DNA from: Pirellula staleyi DSM 6068
GTDB taxonomy: Bacteria > Planctomycetota > Planctomycetia > Pirellulales > Pirellulaceae
Assembly (NCBI GenBank): GCA_000025185.1
Contig: CP001848.1
Span: 3,780,001 to 3,812,000, forward strand
Reading direction: 5' to 3'
Length of the DNA: 32,000 nucleotides
This document shows, in pieces, positions 8,253 to 17,399 of this stretch. The notes below the pieces were generated by a model, which saw only the letters and a list, made by a program, of their open reading frames with translations, was not told the origin of the DNA and ran no database searches. A program made the translations under genes and the position numbers. The first letter of the stretch is position 1. Each line of letters starts with the position of its first letter.

Positions 8253-9713
8253 TTAAAACAGATACAGCATTGGGAACAGGAAGATCCAGACGAGATCGAC
8301 AAAGTGCCAGTAAAGGCCTGTATTCTCGAGGATATGCGCCTTCTTGTTGTCGAGGTGCATTGGCAGGATGAGAGCAAAGGCGAGCAGCCCCACCGCGACG
8401 TGAATCGCATGGAAGCCTGTCATTAAAAAGTAGGTGCTGGCCCACATATTGCCGCTGGGAATCTTCATCGGAAGCATCAGCCAGTGATGTTCGTCGTTCA
8501 GACCATGCTCGGGAGAGCTCATGATCGGAAGGGCAGCAGCACGTACTTCCAAAGCCAGCTTACGAGCTTCTCGAGCCGCTTTCGATTCGCTGATTTTGCC
8601 AGCTTCAATTCGTTTGCTCGTCAGCTCTTCGGTGAGTGTTGCAGTCTCAGCGTCGACAGCCGCAATCTTCTCATTGATTGCTGCAATCTTAGCTTCCAGT
8701 GCGGGGTCGACCTTCGGCTCCTCCGCTGGAACTTCAGCAGCAGGTGCTTCAGCAGCCGGATCCGCAGCGACGAACGATTCGGTCAACGTTTGATTCGACG
8801 ATGTTGCTTCAGGTGCTGGAGCGGGTTGGAGAGCTTCAAGCTCTTTAGCCAGAGCCTCACGTTGCTCGGTGAGCGCTGTTTGTTTCGTTTCGAGCGTGGT
8901 TAGTTCCGTGGTCATGCTGGTCAGCGTTTTGTCGATGCTCGAAATCTCGGCAGCGACCGTTTTACTTTCGGCTTCGGCCAACTGAATTTCTTTTTCAATC
9001 TTCTTCAGGAACAGTTCGCGATCGGCTGGCTTATGATGACGTGGATAGATCGCTTCAGCCATTAGTTCGAGACCGTCGCGACGGACAATCGGATCGTCAT
9101 TCTTAGCCGCTTGGAGTTCAGCCCATTGCAGCATCCCAGATGAAAGGGCATTCACGAGGTTCAGTTTTTCTTGATCTTCCGTCGTGAAGTTCGCTTCCGA
9201 CTCGCTCTTTACTTTCTCGAGCGCGGCACGGTGTTTCGCAAGTTTTTCCCGAACGGCTTGGGCGTAATAAACGTCGGCCTTTTCGTGCAACAAGCTGCGT
9301 GGCAGCGAAGGGTAGATGCCGTGCTTAAACTTCGAGTTGTATTCGACCCCTTTCACGCCCAGGAACAGACAGCCGAGGGCCAGTGTGAGGGCCAGCCAAC
9401 CTTTGGCAATCGTCGGCTGATTGGTTTCAGCAGCGTGATGCGCTAGCACCATCGTGACCGAAGAGCAGAGGAGCACAGCGGTGTTGATCGCGCCGATCCA
9501 TTCCACCAAATGCACATCGTGCGGCAGTGGCCACGATCCGGTCGGAGCACCAAACCGGATGACAACATATGCACCAATGAGGCCGGCGAAAAACATAATT
9601 TCCGTCGACAGGAAGAGCCACAAGCAGAGCTTGCCATTGGCAAGTGGCAGCGCTGGTTGATACTGCAGTTTGAGGTGGCCGTGGCCATGATCGTCGTGGG
9701 CGTGATCGCTCAT
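8253..9713 (-). CDS. ctaE: Cytochrome c oxidase subunit III with an insertion of about 280 aa, predicted coiled coil
   Basis: Start ATG 9713 ([19 protein letters not shown]). Conserved subunit III blocks are [50 protein letters not shown] and [21 protein letters not shown]. The block pair EY...TGFH is separated by about 280 residues instead of a short loop. The track's extra 54 N-terminal codons cover an intergenic hairpin and are rejected. Confidence 0.85.
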   Translation of the reverse strand: MSDHAHDDHGHGHLKLQYQPALPLANGKLCLWLFLSTEIMFFAGLIGAYVVIRFGAPTGSWPLPHDVHLVEWIGAINTAVLLCSSVTMVLAHHAAETNQPTIAKGWLALTLALGCLFLGVKGVEYNSKFKHGIYPSLPRSLLHEKADVYYAQAVREKLAKHRAALEKVKSESEANFTTEDQEKLNLVNALSSGMLQWAELQAAKNDDPIVRRDGLELMAEAIYPRHHKPADRELFLKKIEKEIQLAEAESKTVAAEISSIDKTLTSMTTELTTLETKQTALTEQREALAKELEALQPAPAPEATSSNQTLTESFVAADPAAEAPAAEVPAEEPKVDPALEAKIAAINEKIAAVDAETATLTEELTSKRIEAGKISESKAAREARKLALEVRAAALPIMSSPEHGLNDEHHWLMLPMKIPSGNMWASTYFLMTGFHAIHVAVGLLAFALILPMHLDNKKAHILENTGLYWHFVDLVWIFLFPMLYLF

Positions 9714-9737
9714 GTCGAATTTTCTCGGTCTTTCGTG

Positions 9738-9786
9738 GATCAGCAGCGTTTGTCGCGTCCATGTCGCGAACAAGTTGCTGCTGATC
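9738..9786 (-). promoter_or_regulatory. 49-nt imperfect hairpin in the ctaB-subunit III intergenic region
   Basis: Outer stem GATCAGCAGC / GCTGCTGATC is a perfect 10 bp. An internal loop is followed by an inner stem of about 8 bp (TT-GTCGCG / CGCGA-ACAA, with single bulges) and a 7-nt loop. The near end lies 25 nt upstream of the subunit III ATG. Confidence 0.45.
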
Positions 9787-9837
9787 AGTCGTTCGTCAAA
9801 CTTGTTTTGGGAAGTCGTAGGCTCGCGGCGTTTGCTT

Positions 9838-10743
9838 CTACAGCAAAGGAAACACAACAACCACAAGCAACACAAGGGGCAGGTAAATTAGTGTGCCACG
9901 CATCAAGGTGCGGGCGGAAATTTCGTCGCGTCGCCAAGCAAACCACATGGCGAGAGCAAGTTGTATAAGTCCGAGGATCGCGACCACAGCCACTCCAGCA
10001 ACCGCCCAGGGGGTTGGTGTCGAAAGTAGTGGAAGGACACTTACCGGTATCACGGCGATCGCAGCCAGAATCGATTGAATGCCAGCTCGCACACCACTCG
10101 GGTCGACAACGGTGAGCATCTTCATCCCCGCTCGGCCGTACTGTTCCCGGTAAATCCAGGCGATCGCCATGAAGTGTGGAAATTGCCAGAGAAAGAGGGT
10201 CAGGAAGAGAGCCCAGCAGCGCCAATCGAGATCGGCACCAGTCGCTCCCCAGCCAATGATCACAGGCATCGCGCCGGCAACAGCTCCCACCGCAGTGTTT
10301 GTGGGAGAGACAATCTTCAGCGGTGTGTAAATCAGAACGTAAAGAATCCAGGTGAGAGCCCCAGCAATGGTGCTCGTGATTCCTACAGTAAAGATCAGGT
10401 AGGCAATTCCGGCGATCAGCGTGACGGTGATGAAAGTGAGTGCTTCCCACTGCGAAATTCGTCCCGCAACGAGCGGACGCTGCTGGGTCCGCCGCATCCG
10501 CGCATCGCGATGTTGTTCGAGCCAGTGGTTCGACGCACTCGCACTGGCGGCCACCAGAACGGCGCCGATCGAAACGTTGAGCAGTTGCAGTGGATCGGCC
10601 TGGCCGAATGTCGCCACAAAACCAGAAGCGATCACGACAAAGAGCACGAGGGTCGCAATGCGGGGCTTGCAGAGCTCGACGAAATCACGCGCTCGAGCGA
10701 GCGCAGATGGCTGCGAGTCAGCGATAGCAGTCGATGTGCTCAT
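9838..10743 (-). CDS. ctaB: Protohaem IX farnesyltransferase (haem O synthase)
   Basis: 301 aa, UbiA-family polyprenyltransferase. [46 protein letters not shown] and [19 protein letters not shown] match CyoE/CtaB signatures. ATGA overlap with ctaA. Confidence 0.9.
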   Translation of the reverse strand: MSTSTAIADSQPSALARARDFVELCKPRIATLVLFVVIASGFVATFGQADPLQLLNVSIGAVLVAASASASNHWLEQHRDARMRRTQQRPLVAGRISQWEALTFITVTLIAGIAYLIFTVGITSTIAGALTWILYVLIYTPLKIVSPTNTAVGAVAGAMPVIIGWGATGADLDWRCWALFLTLFLWQFPHFMAIAWIYREQYGRAGMKMLTVVDPSGVRAGIQSILAAIAVIPVSVLPLLSTPTPWAVAGVAVVAILGLIQLALAMWFAWRRDEISARTLMRGTLIYLPLVLLVVVVFPLL

Positions 10744-11888
10744 GCGCTGGCTCCTTGGTGAAGCGGAAGATGCGTCTTAGTCGACATCAAGTGGCTGCCG
10801 CTGAAGCTTTGCACCAGCACTCTCGAAGCGAGCAGTGTGACACCGGCCAGCAGTAGCGAACCATTAGCCACATGAGCTGTGGTGATCATCGCCTGCACGA
10901 ATCCTTTTTCGATTACCGTAAAACCGGCTACAGCCCGTTCGGTAGAAAGACCGAGCGAGCTGAAAGCAGCTTCATCGACCAGGATTGTGGGGAAGGCGTA
11001 CTTCACAACGTATGTGGCAACACCAAGACTGATTTGCACAATCACAACAGCAGCGATCAATGTAGCGATGCCTCGAAATGCTCGGGCGACTGCCAGTGAA
11101 CGAAGTTTCCAGACGATCGCCAGTGACTGAATTGCAATCACCAACCCGAGCACAACGTGAATCAGTACTGCTGATTTGAAGTAACCCGCTGTCGCAGTCA
11201 CAGGGACGTGCCTAACCATTGCACCGACAATCATCTGCAAAGCAACAGCAACTGCCAGCGGCAGCACAATGGTTAGTAGCTTCTTTACTTCTGAGCGATC
11301 GGTGGCTGAGGGAGATTTCATCGCAGCGACCAGTTCAGGCGTAAGATTCATCACCACAGTGCCACGAGACTTCACATGCACAGCCGACTCGCGGGTCGCT
11401 GCTTCGATGCGACTCTGGCGAATCCAAAAAGCGAGCGTGCAAACGTAGGCGAAAAATCCAGGTCCGACGCAGCCGTGAACAGTTGCCACCACTCGCTCAT
11501 CGAGCAGCACACGTGCTCCACCAAGTGCACCTTGCATAATGACGAGCACAAGCGCGGCAATGGAGGCTACTCGCAACCACTGTGGCGAGTGGCCAACAAG
11601 TGATGCTGCGACGAGGCCTATTGCGATCATGCCAGCCAAAGCCCCGAGGAGGCGATGACCATGCTCGATAAACAGATCCCAAGGACCATAGAACCAGGTT
11701 TGCCAGGGATACAAAAACATGTTGTATCCATAGGTACCTGGCCAATCGGGAACAGCCATCCCCGCATCGTAGGTCGTCACCAGTCCGCCTACCCAAATCA
11801 ACGGAAACGTGACACTGGCCAGCAGCACGCAGAGAGCGTACGCCAGCAGCGATGGTTTCGCGTCGAATTCAGCAGGGGCAGACTTCAT
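10740..11888 (-). CDS. ctaA: Haem A synthase (COX15/CtaA family)
   Basis: 382 aa, multi-TM. Motifs GGLVTTYDAGMAVPDWPGTYGYNMFLYPW, IEHGHRLLG, HGCVGPGFF and AHVANGSLLL carry the paired-His motifs of CtaA/COX15. Confidence 0.85.
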   Translation of the reverse strand: MKSAPAEFDAKPSLLAYALCVLLASVTFPLIWVGGLVTTYDAGMAVPDWPGTYGYNMFLYPWQTWFYGPWDLFIEHGHRLLGALAGMIAIGLVAASLVGHSPQWLRVASIAALVLVIMQGALGGARVLLDERVVATVHGCVGPGFFAYVCTLAFWIRQSRIEAATRESAVHVKSRGTVVMNLTPELVAAMKSPSATDRSEVKKLLTIVLPLAVAVALQMIVGAMVRHVPVTATAGYFKSAVLIHVVLGLVIAIQSLAIVWKLRSLAVARAFRGIATLIAAVVIVQISLGVATYVVKYAFPTILVDEAAFSSLGLSTERAVAGFTVIEKGFVQAMITTAHVANGSLLLAGVTLLASRVLVQSFSGSHLMSTKTHLPLHQGASA

Positions 11889-11994
11889 GTCAACTCAAAT
11901 GGGGAAATTCAAATCAGTGGCACTCGGAGCGACTGACGGGCAGAAGATCGATCTCTTCCGCCCGCAAGGTTTCCGCTGGTCGAGTGAGGCAGGA

Positions 11995-13800
11995 CTAGTG
12001 ATGCTCGACCTTCACCCGCTTGGCAGGGTCGGCAGGTGGCGGCTGAGTTTGAGGATAAAAGTCGGTATCGACTTCGGGAGATCCGTACTCATAAGGACCA
12101 CGATAAACAACAGGCTGGAAGTCAAAGTTGCCGTGTCCAGGAGGACTTGGCGCCATCCATTCCAGCGAGTTCGCACCCCAAGGGTTACGACCTACGGGAG
12201 TACCGTAGAAAATGCTGCGAATGAAATTGAATGCAAAAATCGCCTGACAGCTCACCATGCCAATGGCACAAATGGTCATGAACTGATTGAGTGGCAGGAG
12301 GTGACGGAAGGTTTCGTATTCGTAGGGATCTGCCAAACGACGTGGGAAACCAACAGCACCCAGGATATGCATCGTGAAAAACGTGCCGTTAAGGAAGATG
12401 AAGGTCAGGAAGAAGTGAACCTTGCCGAGATTCTCGTCCATCATCCGGCCGAACATCTTGGGGAACCAAAAGTAGATCGCTCCAAACACTGCCATCGCTG
12501 TTCCACCAAAGAGAACATAGTGGAAGTGGGCCACGATGAAGTAGGTGTCGTGGATGAAGATATCGACAGGGGTCGCGGCCATGAAGATGCCCGACAGACC
12601 ACCGATCACAAACATCGAGACGAACGACAGCGAGAACAGCATCGGAGTAGTGAACGAGATCTTGCCACCCCAGAGCGTACCGAGCCAGTTGAACACTTTC
12701 ACAGCGCTGGGGAGGGCGATCATCATCGTCGAGACCATGAATGTCATGCCGAGCATTGGATTCATGCCCGAGACGAACATATGGTGACCCCATACGATAA
12801 ATCCGAGGCCTGCAATTCCCGAAATCGAATACACCATCGGTTTGTAGCCGAACAGTGGTTTACGGGAGAAGCAAGCGAGGATGTCCGAGACCATTCCCAT
12901 CGCGGGAAGGATCATGATGTACACAGCAGGGTGCGAGTAGAACCAGAAAAGATGCTGCCACAGAATAGGCTGTCCGCCACCAGTAGCCATCTCCGAGTTG
13001 TTAACCTGCAAGCCTTCCGGCAGGAAGAAGCCGGTACCGATCATCCGATCGGTGAGCTGCATGAAGCCGGCGGCTGTGAGCACAGGAAGTGCAAACGCCT
13101 GCAGAATGGCCGTGATGAACATGCCCCAAATGGTCATGGGGAGGCGGAACATGGTGAGGCCAGGAGCACGCATCTGAATGATGGTGGTCATGTAGTTCAC
13201 CGAACCCATCATCGACGACACACCCACCCAAGTGATGCCGAGGAGCCACAGCGTTTGCGGCCAGTGGCTACCAGGCGCTGCATCCCAGACAACCGACAGA
13301 GGTGGATACGACGTCCAACCACCACCGGCACCATAAGGTGGCCAGAGGAAGCTCATGCCGATGCAGAAAAACGCGGGCCACATGAACCAGTAGCTGAGCA
13401 TGTTGAGTGTAGGGAACGCCATATCATCAGCGCCGATCATCAGCGGGATGAGATAGTTTCCAAATGCGCCAGCGAGAATCGGGATGATCACAAAAAAGAT
13501 CATCACGGTGGCATGCATGGTGAACAGGGTGGTGTAGAACTCCGGCGAGATCTGACCACCTTCCGCCGAGAAGAGCATCCGACCGATGATCGGCATGTCT
13601 GTCCAAGGCCACGCCAGCTGCCAGCGAATCCCCAGGGCGAGCAAACCGCCAACGAGGAACCACAGTAGCGTGGAGAAAAGGAACTGCAAACCAATGATTT
13701 TATGGTCGAGCGAAAAGACGTAAGTCCTTACGAATTCACCGACCGACATGCCTGCATCATGCCCCTTGGCATCATGGGCCCCAATAACTGTTGAGCTCAT
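11995..13800 (-). CDS. ctaD: Cytochrome c oxidase subunit I (haem-copper oxidase, A-type)
   Basis: Canonical HCO blocks: DHKIIGLQFLF, MIFFVIIPILAGAFGNYLIPLMIGADDMAFP, WFYSHPAVYIMILP (CuB His and cross-link Tyr), GFIVWGHHMF, FIHDTYFIVAHFHYVLFGG. Start ATG 13800 (MSSTVIGAH...) overlaps the subunit II stop as ATGA. Confidence 0.95.
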   Translation of the reverse strand: MSSTVIGAHDAKGHDAGMSVGEFVRTYVFSLDHKIIGLQFLFSTLLWFLVGGLLALGIRWQLAWPWTDMPIIGRMLFSAEGGQISPEFYTTLFTMHATVMIFFVIIPILAGAFGNYLIPLMIGADDMAFPTLNMLSYWFMWPAFFCIGMSFLWPPYGAGGGWTSYPPLSVVWDAAPGSHWPQTLWLLGITWVGVSSMMGSVNYMTTIIQMRAPGLTMFRLPMTIWGMFITAILQAFALPVLTAAGFMQLTDRMIGTGFFLPEGLQVNNSEMATGGGQPILWQHLFWFYSHPAVYIMILPAMGMVSDILACFSRKPLFGYKPMVYSISGIAGLGFIVWGHHMFVSGMNPMLGMTFMVSTMMIALPSAVKVFNWLGTLWGGKISFTTPMLFSLSFVSMFVIGGLSGIFMAATPVDIFIHDTYFIVAHFHYVLFGGTAMAVFGAIYFWFPKMFGRMMDENLGKVHFFLTFIFLNGTFFTMHILGAVGFPRRLADPYEYETFRHLLPLNQFMTICAIGMVSCQAIFAFNFIRSIFYGTPVGRNPWGANSLEWMAPSPPGHGNFDFQPVVYRGPYEYGSPEVDTDFYPQTQPPPADPAKRVKVEHH

Positions 13801-14606
13801 TCCCCTTCTCCCGACTCTGCAGTGAATTCTGCAACGTTCTGATCGCGGTATGCTTGAGCGAGCCACTCATCGAAGTCGGCTCGAGATTGAACAGTGATTC
13901 GGCCACGCATTTTGTAGTGACCCCAGCCGCAAAGTTCCGCACAAACGATGTCGTAGACACCGGTCTTGTTGGCCCGGAACCAGACGAATTGCTTCATGCC
14001 CGGAACAACGTCTTGCTTCAGACGAAGGTTGGGGAGGAAGAAGCTGTGGAGCACATCTTGGCTCTTAATAGCTAAAACGATTTCTTCATTCGCAGGGACA
14101 CGTAGTTCGTTAACAGTCAGGACATCGTCGGGGGTACCGACAACTCCATCAGCGCCAGCGTAACGAATCCGCCATTCAAACTGCCGTCCGGTAACTTCAG
14201 CGATGGCTGGCTTGGGGGAACCATCGGCGAGTTGTGGGCGTCGCATCTTGGCATCGGCCCAAGCGTTCATCTGGTAAATAGCGATGAAAAGCAGTGCAGC
14301 AGCCGGAATGATCGACCAGACCACTTCCAGGGTGTGGCTGCCGTGAGTGTATTCGATCGGCTTGGTGTTGGTGGCGACGTCGTACTTCCAGAGGAACCAG
14401 AAGAGCGCAACGCCGGTACCAACGAAAATGATCCCCGTGAGGTAGAGGATGAACATGAAGAGGTTGTCGATCACTTTACCGTGATCGTTGATGTTCTCGG
14501 GTAGCCAATGTCCTTGGAGAGGCCATAGGTCGGCCATCGCCCAGGCAAAGATGCCTACGCCGAGGATCGGAACCATCAAAAAGAACAGGCTCCAAAAACG
14601 TCCCAC
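13797..14606 (-). CDS. ctaC: Cytochrome c oxidase subunit II (CuA type, no fused cytochrome c domain)
   Basis: 269 aa, two N-terminal TM helices. CuA ligand pattern DVLHSFF...CAELCGWGHYKM. No CxxCH is present. GTG start at 14606 with AGGGAG 8 nt upstream. Confidence 0.9.
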   Translation of the reverse strand: MGRFWSLFFLMVPILGVGIFAWAMADLWPLQGHWLPENINDHGKVIDNLFMFILYLTGIIFVGTGVALFWFLWKYDVATNTKPIEYTHGSHTLEVVWSIIPAAALLFIAIYQMNAWADAKMRRPQLADGSPKPAIAEVTGRQFEWRIRYAGADGVVGTPDDVLTVNELRVPANEEIVLAIKSQDVLHSFFLPNLRLKQDVVPGMKQFVWFRANKTGVYDIVCAELCGWGHYKMRGRITVQSRADFDEWLAQAYRDQNVAEFTAESGEGE

Positions 14607-14697
14607 AGCTATACTCCCTACCCAGTCACTGGCGTCGTTTGATGCTTGTATGGTTGGTCACTCACCTCTAGCGAAGGAGCGACTTGATTTCGACTTT

Positions 14698-14715
14698 TGA
14701 ACGCTCGAGCGTTCA
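14698..14715. promoter_or_regulatory. Perfect 18-bp palindrome TGAACGCTCGAGCGTTCA between the dihaem cytochrome c gene and oxidase subunit II
   Basis: Verified base by base; it equals its own reverse complement. It starts 6 nt after the TAG of the cytochrome gene. No U-tract follows on the transcribed (minus) strand, so it is not a canonical intrinsic terminator. The function (RNA stem-loop or operator) is unresolved. Confidence 0.45.
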
Positions 14716-14720
14716 GTTCA

Positions 14721-15977
14721 CTACATTCGCTCGCGGGCGTTGATCGGATCTGCTTGTCGGGGATCACTGATCGATTCGTAAGGGAGCGACTGGACGTAGT
14801 TCACGATGTCCCAGATGTCGTTTTCAGTAAGACCCTTCGAGTTGGCGTCCCCTTCGATTTTCATCGAAGCTGCGGGCATCGGTGTTCCCTCGATCCCATT
14901 GCGAATCCGCCAGTAGATATCGAGGGGACGCATGCCGCCTCGGAAAACTCCTTGACGAAGGTTGCGTGGACGGATGTTGCGAGGTTCGGGAAGTCCCAGA
15001 GCGACATAATCCTGGATGGCAGCTGGATCGCTGGCGTCCATGAACTCTTTAGTCCATTCGTCGTAGTCGGTGAGCTGACCATCTCCCAGGGCCGAATCGC
15101 CGTGGCATTTTGCGCAGTTGGCAACCGCTCCGTAGAACAGTTCGCGACCACGTTTCTGAGACTCAGCTAGTTCAGCTTCGGTGGTTTCGGGGCGTGCACT
15201 GACAGGGGCTGATGTGAGCGATTCAGCCGAGGTTGCCCATGCGCTAACGATATCGGTGACAATCGTTTTCACGGCGTCGATCTGTTCGACGGCAGCAGCA
15301 CGCTCTTCAGCCGAAGACTTCTCGCCGGGTACGCTCACGAGGCGAGCATCAGGTTCGAGGTCGGCAGCATATTCCAGCAGTTTACGCTCCGTCTCGCCTC
15401 GAATGGCTAAGTACTTCACGTAGTGCACCAGCGATTCCACTTCCTGATCGGTGAGGAGCTTGAACGATGGCATGGCCGTTCCCGGAATACCTTCGAGCAA
15501 GATCTTCTTCAGGTCGTCGTGGGTAGGCTTGGTGCCCACCTTCGTCGATTTGAACTTGAACCACCCTTTGCGATAGTCGCGTGGGTAGGGGTTGAGGAAC
15601 GCAGCTGTTGGGCCCGCGCCGTCGCCGGTGACACCGTGGCAATGGGCGCAGTGTTCGCGGTAAAGACCTTCAGGGCGATTGAGTTCGTCGCTACCCACCT
15701 TGCCTGCCGACATTTTCAGCAGCGGCAAATTCATGACGGTTGCTGGATCGACATCCGCCAGTGCAGGGAGCGCTGGATCATCAGGCGTGCCGAAGAACGC
15801 CGCGAGTGTCAGGTCGATATCAGCCCGCTGTTCTTCTTTGAACTCGACTTCCTTCGCTTTTTCGACCTTCAAGGCATAGGTCTCATAGCGACGGAACTGC
15901 GGAGCGGGTGATCCGCAACCGGCGAAGGCAAAAGCCAACATCAGGCTGGCAGCGATACTAAGGCGCGTGGCACTCAT
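14721..15977 (-). CDS. Dihaem c-type cytochrome lipoprotein (CcoP/FixP-like class I domains)
   Basis: 418 aa. Lipoprotein-type signal ending AFAFAGC. Two CxxCH motifs: CAHCH (nt 15636-15650) and CAKCH (nt 15102-15116). Each is followed by a distal Met block (GIPGTAMPSF; GIEGTPMPAA). Confidence 0.85.
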   Translation of the reverse strand: MSATRLSIAASLMLAFAFAGCGSPAPQFRRYETYALKVEKAKEVEFKEEQRADIDLTLAAFFGTPDDPALPALADVDPATVMNLPLLKMSAGKVGSDELNRPEGLYREHCAHCHGVTGDGAGPTAAFLNPYPRDYRKGWFKFKSTKVGTKPTHDDLKKILLEGIPGTAMPSFKLLTDQEVESLVHYVKYLAIRGETERKLLEYAADLEPDARLVSVPGEKSSAEERAAAVEQIDAVKTIVTDIVSAWATSAESLTSAPVSARPETTEAELAESQKRGRELFYGAVANCAKCHGDSALGDGQLTDYDEWTKEFMDASDPAAIQDYVALGLPEPRNIRPRNLRQGVFRGGMRPLDIYWRIRNGIEGTPMPAASMKIEGDANSKGLTENDIWDIVNYVQSLPYESISDPRQADPINARERM

Positions 15978-16308
15978 GCTTCAGATGACCATCTTCAAGA
16001 GAACTGATCGGAGCAAACTCGTTCGCGAGGATGCCAGGATCGAGGACTCGAAATGTGCGATACGGTGCTATTTGTAAGGGGAGGGTGTCTGCTGTTACTC
16101 GGCCGACCACTCACCCGACTTGGTCGCAAGTCTCTAAATCATTTAACCGCAAGGATTTCACCAGCTACAACGTTGAAAACCCTGTTTGAACGAATTTGCC
16201 GAGCAGGTAACTTGCCTGACACTAGCGAACTATGAGGGAATCACTGCTTGCTGTGGAACTGCGAGTGTCGGGTGTTAATTAACGTCAGCGATCAAACCTG
16301 AGAAGCTA

Positions 16309-17250
16309 CTACTTGGTCACTAGTCCGGCATCGATCACGACGTTCATGTCGTGCACTTCGTCGGGCTGAAGGGTGACGGTGTAGGTACCTTTGCTGAACT
16401 TGGTGGGCGAACCATTGAGTTCGGCATTGCTCAGGAAACTGGCCGCTTCTTGCCAGATTTTGAATTCGAGGGGGACACCAGCAGGGACATTCGCAATCTC
16501 AAAAGTCCCATCGGGTTTGCTGACAGCGAAGTAAGGATTAGTGCGGATGATCATGCGAGCGGCCATCCAGGGATGGATGCTGCACGAAACGGCAAATGGC
16601 TCGTTCGATTCGCCACCTGGCTCGTACATGGCATAGCCGTTAGAGGCAATTGTTTGATTGAACTGCGATGCTTTGCCCGAAGCCTGAATGTTCGTGTTGT
16701 GACCGACAGGATCGCTGTTGAGGATTTTCAGTTTTTGCGTCGATCGCATCGCGAACACGTGGCTGAGGAACACGCATTCCTTCTGGTCGTACTCGAGGGT
16801 CGAATCGACAGTTGCCGCGTAGCTCTCGTGAACCCAGGCAGGATCGTCGACAGGGTATTTTTTGTTGTTGAGGTAGACGAGCACATCCTTGATGCCGCCA
16901 CTGGCAGGGTCGACGACAATTTCTTCGGCTAACACCGTCTTACCGCCCGGTGCACAAACCGCTTGATCGGAGCCGATGGTGAGCGTGCGGCGAGCGGGGG
17001 CCGAGCCGTTAAGCTTGAAAGTTCCTTTGATTGTGGCCCATCCGGTGGGTGTGGCGCTGGTCGTTGGAGCCGCTGCTTCCGTGGAGGCTGGACCTCCCAT
17101 CGATTTACGCAGGGCAACGACACTCGCCTCTTTAACGCTAGGGTTTGGGGCGACGTAACGCTGGCATCCGGCGAATCCGAACAGCGCGATGGCGATGATA
17201 GGCAACACTGCTGCCGACGATTGCTTCAGAGCCCACAAGCACACATTCAT
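16309..17250 (-). CDS. Cupredoxin-like lipoprotein (amicyanin-type C-x2-H-x2-M loop) with a C-terminal Ig-like/carboxypeptidase-regulatory-like beta-sandwich
   Basis: I start it at ATG 17250 (MNVCLWALKQSSAAVLPIIAIALFGFAGC, lipobox-like). Putative type-1 Cu ligands are His in SDPVGHN and CSIHPWM (nt 16564-16584). The tail FEIANVPAGVPLEFKIWQE resembles the family often annotated 'methylamine utilization protein'. Paralogue of 17400..18194. Confidence 0.7.
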   Translation of the reverse strand: MNVCLWALKQSSAAVLPIIAIALFGFAGCQRYVAPNPSVKEASVVALRKSMGGPASTEAAAPTTSATPTGWATIKGTFKLNGSAPARRTLTIGSDQAVCAPGGKTVLAEEIVVDPASGGIKDVLVYLNNKKYPVDDPAWVHESYAATVDSTLEYDQKECVFLSHVFAMRSTQKLKILNSDPVGHNTNIQASGKASQFNQTIASNGYAMYEPGGESNEPFAVSCSIHPWMAARMIIRTNPYFAVSKPDGTFEIANVPAGVPLEFKIWQEAASFLSNAELNGSPTKFSKGTYTVTLQPDEVHDMNVVIDAGLVTK

Positions 17251-17293
17251 TGCTGCTACTACTTTCCTGTCGTCGTTCAACTTCCACTGCCAC

Positions 17294-17319
17294 GAGTTGA
17301 TCGAACTGGCGATCAACTC
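17294..17319 (-). promoter_or_regulatory. Perfect 10-bp stem / 6-nt loop hairpin between the two cupredoxin genes
   Basis: GAGTTGATCG aactgg CGATCAACTC, verified pair by pair, 44 nt upstream of ATG 17250. A second 6-bp hairpin AGCACT tgtg AGTGCT lies at 17337..17352. Confidence 0.45.
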
Positions 17320-17399
17320 TTCATTCGTTCGCTCGGAGCACTTGTGAGTGCTGGGCGAGCGCTATTGGGATGATCACTAACCAACCGAGCAGGTCGGCA

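Noticed and set aside
11809-13668. A 619-aa plus-strand ORF, one of the longest in the track
   Set aside because: It lies entirely antisense to oxidase subunit I, whose translation is unmistakable. The product is a His/Arg/Glu/Asp-rich string with no domain-like pattern. This is typical of the open antisense frame of a GC-biased membrane-protein gene.
16053-16235. A 60-aa plus-strand ORF in the 331-nt gap upstream of the dihaem cytochrome gene, and a 63-aa ORF at 27247..27438
   Set aside because: There is no ribosome-binding site, no motif and atypical composition. These are the two largest promoter-containing spacers, so they are more likely non-coding.
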